In this document: piece after piece, positions 40,995 to 47,969 of the stretch
How the letters are laid out: every line of letters starts with the position of its first letter
How positions within the stretch are numbered: position 1 is the stretch's first letter
Assembly: GCA_963663405.2 (NCBI GenBank)
Contig: CAXXSM010000036.1
Location: 32,001-96,000 of the forward strand
Origin: a bacterium
Lineage (GTDB): Bacteria; Hinthialibacterota; Hinthialibacteria; Hinthialibacterales; Hinthialibacteraceae
DNA: 64,000 nt
Direction: 5' to 3'
Translations under genes and position numbers: made by a program
The notes under the pieces: model-generated
The model's input: the letters and a program-made list of their open reading frames with translations, nothing else
Databases searched by the model: none
What the model was told of the DNA's origin: nothing

Positions 40995-41420
40995 ATGTTA
41001 CTTAAAACAGGGGCGATTCTGCTGACTATCAGTTCTGGATTCAATGCGTTACTCGCAAGTGCTATCCTAACGATCTTGATCATTTTCAAAAAAAACGCGC
41101 CGTTTCTTTATATTGTTTTTGACGAAACGGCGATCTCTCAACTGAATTCAAAAATCATCGCCATGACAAATTCATTGGCCGTCTTGTTTAATGCAAGCGC
41201 GGCGTCGTTTTCTATTTTGAGTATTTATGTAATCTAGTCAGGTTTGGCGCAGGGGAATCCGTGGGCGTATTGGATTTTACTGATCACACATGGACTTTCG
41301 TTGGCCTGTGGATTTATGCCAGACGCAATGATTGGCAATCAAATCATTGGCGCCAACTTGGTTTTCAGTGTTATCTTTCTCCTCGGTTTTGGTCTTGCCG
41401 GTTATGCGATTTACAGATGA
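40995..41420 (+). pseudogene. Small membrane protein interrupted by an in-frame TAG
   Basis: After TAG at 41235-41237 the same frame continues hydrophobic (SGLAQGNPWAYWILLITHG...GYAIYR) to TGA at 41418-41420. Confidence 0.65.
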
Positions 41421-41436
41421 CAAGACAAAATCAAAA

Positions 41437-41752
41437 GGGTGTAACTCGCGCTTCTCGCTATGCGGCCTGTTCCCAGATTTCATTGATCATCTCTTGATAC
41501 GGATATAATTTATGTATGTTTTGTTGAATGCGACGGCGCTCTACAGGCGTTCCATAACGTGATAAATATCGATGATGCAGACTGTATCGACTTCATAGGC
41601 TTCGGTTTTTTCCACAACACCCGTTCCCCGTCCATCAAACAAACGACCGCCTTTTTTCCAGCATAATTCGCCCAAGATTCAAAAGGCCGTTCCATAGATC
41701 TCTCTCGATTTGATCGATCGGGATTCCGTTTACGGCCGCTTCTTTCACCTCA
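41437..41752 (-). mobile_element. Internally deleted ISKra4-like IS remnant (copy 1)
   Basis: End GGGTGTAACTCGC; fragments translate as IDQIERDLWNGLLNLG, VCLMDGERVLW and CIIDIYHVMERL; about 230 bp match 47198-47426 in inverted orientation. Confidence 0.65.
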
Positions 41753-42084
41753 TTCTACAACGCGGCAAACTGATCTTTCGACTTGAAAATATTCACTAAT
41801 ATCGATGATCGCATATGTTGTTGTTATGCTTGAATCAGGCCACATAATAGCGATTGAAAGAGTGTTATTTGCAGTTTTTTCAGATTTGATGAAAGGCAGT
41901 TTGATGTTTTTATTCAATTTATTAATCAAATCTTGAAATTCATTTCCTGTAAATGCAACTTTCTCTGATTGATCGAAAATTCACGATACGATTAAACAGA
42001 TTCTATACCACTTTGGAAGAAGAAAAGCCATTGTATTTGTTACTATGAAACTGAAAAAATATATTGAACAAGAGTGGCAGCTCA

Positions 42085-44283
42085 TCAAAATGGATTTGAG
42101 GGTATGATTTCCCACGCCTTGACTGATTTGACATGAGCAGGCGCGCCATTCGAGAATAGAGTCACGCCTACACTGTCTTTACGTGTTGGATAAATCCGCC
42201 TCATAACCGCCTGACGGCTATTGGAGAAGACTTCGACAACCGATTTATCAATAAAAACACGCAGTGTGAGAGATTCGTTTTCTTTCAATTCCAATGGGCC
42301 CGCTTCGATTCCTTTTGGACTATTCGTTAATCCTGATTTGTTAGTATCAATTTTCAGTTTGTTGTCAGTTGCGTCATAATAAACTAACGTTTCTTCCTCA
42401 TGATCCGGCGCCACGCAAACCTTGAGACCATACTGTTTTGCCTCTTTGTTTTCGAATTGAATGGCAAGTTCTAGACTATTGCCATGAATTTCATTGAGAC
42501 GCAATTCTGAATTTGCATCCACGACCAGGTTGTTTATCCGCTTAGGATTGTACCGAAGGAGTTCGATTTCTTTGGGGACATCCATGCGTAGAGAGCCATC
42601 TTCCGCGAGTGACAATACACGCGGCAGACTCATTGTTCCTGACCAGCCGAAATCCTTGCGCACCCCAAATCCGGGTGTATCAAATATCCACGCCCACATG
42701 ATCCGGCGCCCTCGATCGTCAAGAAGACTCTCCGGAGCGAAGAATGAATTATCCACCCAACTCATTTTCTCATGAAACTCCGGATGGAACTGTTCATTCT
42801 CCCAACGGCCAAGATAGTAGCGGCATCCGAGTTTATGACTGATGCAAAGAAGCATACGCCGATCGCCGATTTTGAAAAAGTCCGCGCAGGATACATCCTC
42901 ATCGATCGAAACGCCATCGACGGGATTGGCCATCAAATCGCCTACGTACTTCCATTCCCCCGCCATACTGGGACTCTTCACAACGGCGGGGCGGTTACCG
43001 CCAAAGATCGCATAATAGGAATCATCCTCAACCCAACCATAGGGATCCCATGACCGGTATTTGCCATGAGAAGGATCCCCCTCGGTTGTCTTCGGTGTGA
43101 TCGGATTTGTGTCGAGTTTTTTCCATTGATTTAAATCATCGTCAAGCGCAACCGCCAACGCATTCCCTTGGCCAACCTGGTGATAACACATCGTAGGGAC
43201 GCCGTCTTTATTGAGAAAGCAGTTTCCGCTGAACATCCCACCAATCAGGTTGGTATCATGAAAACGCCAGTGGAACAGATCTGTGCTGGATACATGCCCC
43301 CAATGATGATCTTGTTGGCCATTACGATCATCCTGGAAAATATAGAAAAGGTGATACCGGCCCTTCCAATAGATTGCGCCATTCGGATCGAAAGGCATAC
43401 AAACGCCTTCCGGAACAACAAAGTGATAGCCAGGTCGATGAGGATCACGGAGGAGTTTCTCACGAAAGGCGCGGGAACAATCAGCGGGCGTTCTTTGCGC
43501 GATCGCCGCATTTTCGAGTGGCTCCGCGGAATTCGAAGCCATCATATACGCGCCTCCCTCTTCAAGTATGAGTTTCCCATCCTTAACGCTTGCTTTACCA
43601 AAGAGCATACTCGATGAATAGGTTTTCATTGAATCAAAGAGAGTCCCGTCCTCAAAATGCCACCATGCCAAAGGCTTAGGATCCGATTGTGTGTTTGGTT
43701 TCAATCCGGCGATCGTCTCTTCGCTAAGCGCTTTGTCATAAATCCTAGCGTCATCGATTTGACCGGAAAAGAATCGATTATTTGGATTGGCGTCGAGATG
43801 CCGCAAGCCGAGTAAGACTTTGCTATCCATTCCGAACGATTCCGCGCCTGACGTTTCATACTCCGCATAGAGGCTTCCATTGCGATACATCGTAATATGG
43901 GCGCCCTTATAAACGATGGCGATTTGTACGAACGTTCCAGAATCAACCGTTTCGTTGGGAAAGTGATCTTGTTCTTTATGTGTACGGCTGAAACTGTTAC
44001 TGCCGGGCATCCACTTTGATTTCGCAATCTCACCAAAAACGATACTATCAAACACTCCGCCCGATTTCTCGATCGTCAAAACACCTCCCCCCCTCTGATT
44101 CAAGTTGGCGGGAGAAACCCAAACGGCCAATGTCTTATCTGTAATAACGATTTCGGATTCTGTTGCGAGCGCTGTTATCGAAAGAATCATGAAACTGGAA
44201 ATGAGAAAAAATGATAGTTTCATTTTCCAATTCAATGGTGTCAACATGAAATCCATCCTTTCCGTTTGAGCGTTGTGAATCAA
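42085..44283 (-). CDS. GH32-family glycoside hydrolase with N-terminal LamG domain
   Basis: RPGYHF..PFDPNG, YHLFY, WGHVSSTDLFHW, FFAPES, WSGTMSLPR, IDKSVVEVF; FSGQIDDARIY LamG motif. Confidence 0.85.
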   Translation of the reverse strand: MIHNAQTERMDFMLTPLNWKMKLSFFLISSFMILSITALATESEIVITDKTLAVWVSPANLNQRGGGVLTIEKSGGVFDSIVFGEIAKSKWMPGSNSFSRTHKEQDHFPNETVDSGTFVQIAIVYKGAHITMYRNGSLYAEYETSGAESFGMDSKVLLGLRHLDANPNNRFFSGQIDDARIYDKALSEETIAGLKPNTQSDPKPLAWWHFEDGTLFDSMKTYSSSMLFGKASVKDGKLILEEGGAYMMASNSAEPLENAAIAQRTPADCSRAFREKLLRDPHRPGYHFVVPEGVCMPFDPNGAIYWKGRYHLFYIFQDDRNGQQDHHWGHVSSTDLFHWRFHDTNLIGGMFSGNCFLNKDGVPTMCYHQVGQGNALAVALDDDLNQWKKLDTNPITPKTTEGDPSHGKYRSWDPYGWVEDDSYYAIFGGNRPAVVKSPSMAGEWKYVGDLMANPVDGVSIDEDVSCADFFKIGDRRMLLCISHKLGCRYYLGRWENEQFHPEFHEKMSWVDNSFFAPESLLDDRGRRIMWAWIFDTPGFGVRKDFGWSGTMSLPRVLSLAEDGSLRMDVPKEIELLRYNPKRINNLVVDANSELRLNEIHGNSLELAIQFENKEAKQYGLKVCVAPDHEEETLVYYDATDNKLKIDTNKSGLTNSPKGIEAGPLELKENESLTLRVFIDKSVVEVFSNSRQAVMRRIYPTRKDSVGVTLFSNGAPAHVKSVKAWEIIPSNPF

Positions 44284-44608
44284 TCAAGCACATGATTGTA
44301 CCATAATAGAGTCAGCGTCATCTACTCCTGTGCGGCGCGTATATTCCTAGCGGTGGGATCGTACCATCAAAAGGCAGAATGAAGCAATAGGCGCCGTATC
44401 TGACCGCAATCATTTCGGATCTTGACGCTACAGTGGGCTTCTGCGAGAATCGTAATGATTCAATCGCAAGGTTGTTACGATACGGATTTCAAATAATGAG
44501 TCGCTATAAGATCTCTGGCCAGTTGTTATTACTGAACCGGTATTTTGTATAAATACCTGTTTAACGCAAATCATCGGATTGACATTTCGACTCTCAAATG
44601 GAGCTGCC

Positions 44609-46129
44609 ATGCGCCATCGAAAACGAAAGCCTGTTTATTACTGTTTGCTGATCATCTTATTATCTGTCTTATCGTTCTCGGTGATTGGCAGCGAACCAGA
44701 GAGTATTTTCAACGAAGAATCCGGCTACACGAGGTATGTCCGATCCCATCTGGATTGCGTGACACTGCGTTCCGCCGACAGATATGGCTCGGTCCACACA
44801 CGGATGTGGTTGGCGGCGATCGATATCACGACAGGCGGCTTACCGGAAAGTCCGTTGCCGCGTGAGTTGCGATGGTACAGGAAGATTACTTCTCCAAACG
44901 GCTCGAATCTTTACTGGGACCAACCGACAATTCTTGCCGCTTATGCGTTGAGCGAATACACGAACGAAAAACGCTATGCCAATAGCGCTGATGGTTACAT
45001 CCTTGATTTTCTCAAACGGTGCGTGGCCGAAAAGAGTGGTTTGTTTCAATGGGGAAATCACATCTACTACGATGTGGTGCGCGATCAAGTTCACCCTTTC
45101 AATGGTGGATATCATGAATGCCGTCCCCACACACCCGCTTGGGAAACGTTTTGGAAACACGATCCGGAAACGGCCGCGGCTGCGATTCGAGCGATGGGAC
45201 AAGCCCACATCAAGAACAAAGAGTCCGGTCAATTCTGCCGTCACGCAAATCCGAACGCCACTCCCGGCAAATTCACAGAGGAGGAAGCCAAATACGCAAT
45301 GCCGTTTCTCGAGGCCGGAGCGTCTCTGATTGATTCGTTGTGCTGGTTGGCGAAACAAACCGAAGATCGCAAAGGAGAACTGATGGAGTTGGCATTACTT
45401 GCGGCTCAATACAGTTTTGCTCAGCGTGACGTAACGACGGGGCTGCTGCGGAATCAGCCGGTGGAAAAGCGGTGGGACTACTACGCGTCGACAACCGAGA
45501 TCGGTTTGTGGGCAGGCAGTCTGCTGCGAGCAAGCGAATACACGGGCGAGGAAGAGTTCGGACAAATTGCAGAGGCCGCGATGCGATCTTGGCTCCAATT
45601 TGGCTTCGACGAGAACACCGGCAAGTACTACGGACGGTTGGCCGTGGAAAGTGGCCTTCCTCAGCCGCCCGAGGCGCCACGAGGTTGGATACCGCCCATG
45701 TATGCGGAAGTTTTCGATATCCACGAGCGTCCGACGCATAACTATCCAATGCCGATGGCGGAGACGTGTCTGCGGCTCTACGAAAAAACGCGGGATCCCC
45801 TCTTCGGACAAGCCGTCGAGCGATGGGTGACTCACATCCGCAACAGCCTGCCGGCCAATGACGGCCGAGGCGCCTACGCGGAAGATTACGGCCGGGTAAT
45901 TCATTTTCTAACTCGGGCCTCTTTGTCGTTGAGCCGCTCGGAATATCGGACGCTCGCGCAACAAATCGCTGATGAAGCGATCGGCCACTTGTTTGTGGAG
46001 GAGGCGGGTATGTTTTGCAGCCACCCCGGTGAAGATCGCTGTGACGCCGTTGATGGTCCGGGCATTCTGTTGCTGGCCCTGCTGTATTTAGACACCGGAA
46101 TGGAACCCGAAAGCGCATTTGCATTTTAG
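44609..46129 (+). CDS. Alpha/alpha-barrel protein resembling polysaccharide lyase family 2 (pectate lyase)
   Basis: Signal/TM segment; SNLYWDQ...LSEYT..KRY, SGLFQWGNHIYYD and YHECRPHTP recall PL2 motifs (from memory, not aligned). Confidence 0.55.
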   Translation: MRHRKRKPVYYCLLIILLSVLSFSVIGSEPESIFNEESGYTRYVRSHLDCVTLRSADRYGSVHTRMWLAAIDITTGGLPESPLPRELRWYRKITSPNGSNLYWDQPTILAAYALSEYTNEKRYANSADGYILDFLKRCVAEKSGLFQWGNHIYYDVVRDQVHPFNGGYHECRPHTPAWETFWKHDPETAAAAIRAMGQAHIKNKESGQFCRHANPNATPGKFTEEEAKYAMPFLEAGASLIDSLCWLAKQTEDRKGELMELALLAAQYSFAQRDVTTGLLRNQPVEKRWDYYASTTEIGLWAGSLLRASEYTGEEEFGQIAEAAMRSWLQFGFDENTGKYYGRLAVESGLPQPPEAPRGWIPPMYAEVFDIHERPTHNYPMPMAETCLRLYEKTRDPLFGQAVERWVTHIRNSLPANDGRGAYAEDYGRVIHFLTRASLSLSRSEYRTLAQQIADEAIGHLFVEEAGMFCSHPGEDRCDAVDGPGILLLALLYLDTGMEPESAFAF

Positions 46130-46526
46130 TGGGGATAAAAACCAGTGGCCAATACAGTTGCGCGATGAGCGGATGGTCACGGCTGCTTTAACCGCTCCGC
46201 AAACATTGAATTTTTTATGGCTCATCCGGAAATTGGGCGCATTGCGTTTTTTCTTAGGAAATTTCACCATATTTTGTAAGTTTTATCATTGTGATACCTC
46301 AAATTTCCTAGGAAAAAAGCATCGATACTCCGTGATCTGTTAAATGTCAAAAGTAATCTGTCAAATATTTGTGTATCTTATTCTATGATTATCTAATCTT
46401 TGAATAGACTATCGGAATATTGATTATTGGGTGTTTTGCAATCTGTTTTTTAAAATGATCAATACAAGGATTTCTTTAAATCTTAGCAAGTTTTTCAAGA
46501 TTCTTAAGTATAGAATATTCAATCAG

Positions 46527-46640
46527 TTATTAACAAAGAAAAAATAGAATTGGTATTATCCGTATAACTGTGGAGCGTGTGGATAACGGCTTTATCGTTA
46601 TCCAAGTGGCTGTGGGCAATATCGATAGATTTGTCCACAG
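46527..46640. promoter_or_regulatory. Cluster of DnaA-box-like 9-mers next to an AT-rich tract (candidate replication origin)
   Basis: TGTGGATAA (46578-46586, perfect), TTGTCCACA (46631), TGTGGGCAA (46611), TTATCCAAG (46598), TTATCCGTA (46556), TTATTAACA (46527). Confidence 0.45.
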
Positions 46641-47067
46641 ACACGTCACGATCCATAGGGCTTTCGATTACACTTTTTATTAAAAATTCAATCGATGTGC
46701 CCAATTTCCGGATGAACCTTTTTTATAGTAAATCCGAGAAAATTGTGTCAAGTGTAGCTTGGATCGCTGTAAGTATTATTGACCCGGATTTAAAAGACGC
46801 TTTTTAACAGCCGTTAGCACATGGTTTTTGATTTTTCTCATTTCGTTGGCGCCGATAAATCTCCAATTCTGGTTCCGATTGGTAAAATTTAATCGTGTAA
46901 AATCAAATCTCAACTTTCCCATTCTCATTTTTGACCAAGAAGTTAAGTAATCTTTGGATCCGATTCCTTCCTGCTCAACGAGTCGAGAGTATAAGAGCCT
47001 TGAGGATCAATGGAGTCGCTGCATGAATTATGTCCATAGAGGTTCGATTTACAAGTCTGAATCAAAC

Positions 47068-47426
47068 GGGTGTAACCCGCTGAGTTCGATTTCATAACGT
47101 ATTGATAGTATTATAATTAGTGTAATTATTGGCTTGTTGAAAAGGGCCTTAACAGGTATAACATTAGTCCATGAAAACTATGTATATCCTGACTGATTAT
47201 GCTGGAAAAAAGGCGGTCGTTTGTTTGATGGTCGGGGAACGGGCGTTGTGGAAAAAAGCCAAGGCCATGAAGTCGATACAGTCTGCATCATTGACATTTA
47301 TCACGTCATGGAACGCCTGTGAAGCGCCGTCGCATTCAACAAAACATACATAGATTATATCCGTATCGAGAGATGATCAATGTAATCTGGGAACAGACTG
47401 CATTGCGAGGAGCGCGAGTTACACTC
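47068..47426 (+). mobile_element. Internally deleted ISKra4-like element (MITE, copy 2) with both terminal IRs
   Basis: Left end GGGTGTAACCCGC, right end GCGAGTTACACTC; same transposase fragments as copy 1. Confidence 0.7.
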
Positions 47427-47446
47427 TTTTCTTTGATAGAGGGATC

Positions 47447-47558
47447 GTGTGATTGTCTGAACCATGATTCGAAGGATTATAGGATTTCCATGATTAATAA
47501 TTACGCAGGCCTGAGCCGTGCGTAGGCGGCTTGAATCATGCAAATCGAGAAAATCAAT
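47447..47558. repeat. 9-nt-periodic hairpin repeat, subfamily B, right arm truncated
   Basis: Direct repeat of 50881-51003 (GTGTGATTGTCTGAACCATGATT...AGGATTTCCATGATT...AGGCCTGAGCCG...GGCGGCTT...GAAAATCAA). Confidence 0.8.
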
Positions 47559-47746
47559 GACGTGTTAGCTTAAAAGTGCCTATGCTATGTAATTATGGTG
47601 TTTTCAAAGGTTATATCTTCTCCTCAATAAAAAGGGATTGGTGAATATTTGTATTGTAATGATTCGTTCCATTTTTTTTGTGAATGTGAATATAGTATTG
47701 ACATGAAATTCATTTTGATGATAGTATTGATTTACATTTTTTTCTG

Positions 47747-47775
47747 TTGACTTACTTTTTTTAGATCCATAAAGT
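47747..47775 (+). promoter_or_regulatory. Sigma70-type promoter upstream of the riboswitch
   Basis: TTGACT-N17-TAAAGT. Confidence 0.5.
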
Positions 47776-47815
47776 GGATCTGTCTGGGTTGAGTGAGGGA
47801 AGTTTTTCCCAATAC

Positions 47816-47897
47816 AGTCAGATAAAGCCAAACCTGTTGTGAAACAGGGACGGAAAGCTGCGGGTCTTGTTTATAAAGAGACAGCCGGGCCGCCTGA
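47816..47897 (+). ncRNA. Cyclic di-GMP-I (GEMM-I) riboswitch aptamer
   Basis: AAAGCCAAACC-stem/GAAA loop-GGGACGGAAAGC..GGGTCT...AGACAGCCGGGCCGCC matches the GEMM-I consensus; TCAG/CTGA can close P1. Confidence 0.9.
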
Positions 47898-47925
47898 GTG
47901 AGTTTGTAGGCGGCTCGGTTTTTTT
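47885..47925 (+). terminator. Riboswitch expression-platform terminator
   Basis: CCGGGCCGCCT / AGGCGGCTCGG stem followed by T7; the 5' arm overlaps the aptamer 3' end. Confidence 0.85.
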
Positions 47926-47969
47926 ATGTTTCAATAAAAATTGACATTCCATTATCAAGGAGGCTGTTC

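Noticed and set aside
41235-41237. Pyrrolysine or stop-codon reassignment at the in-frame TAG
   Set aside because: TAG serves as a normal stop for other genes here (e.g. 9992, 35972); a single TGG>TAG change is simpler.
45273-46124. 283-aa antisense ORF and the many other short overlapping ORFs in the track
   Set aside because: They lie opposite or out of frame within well-supported genes and have no recognisable motifs.
47036-47095. tRNA-like GGTTCGATT / GAGTTCGATTTC motifs
   Set aside because: No cloverleaf or acceptor stem can be formed; the second motif lies inside the IS left end.
46130-47900. Short ORFs of 60-80 aa in the long intergenic gap
   Set aside because: They have no RBS or motifs and overlap the DnaA boxes, IS remnant, repeat and riboswitch leader.
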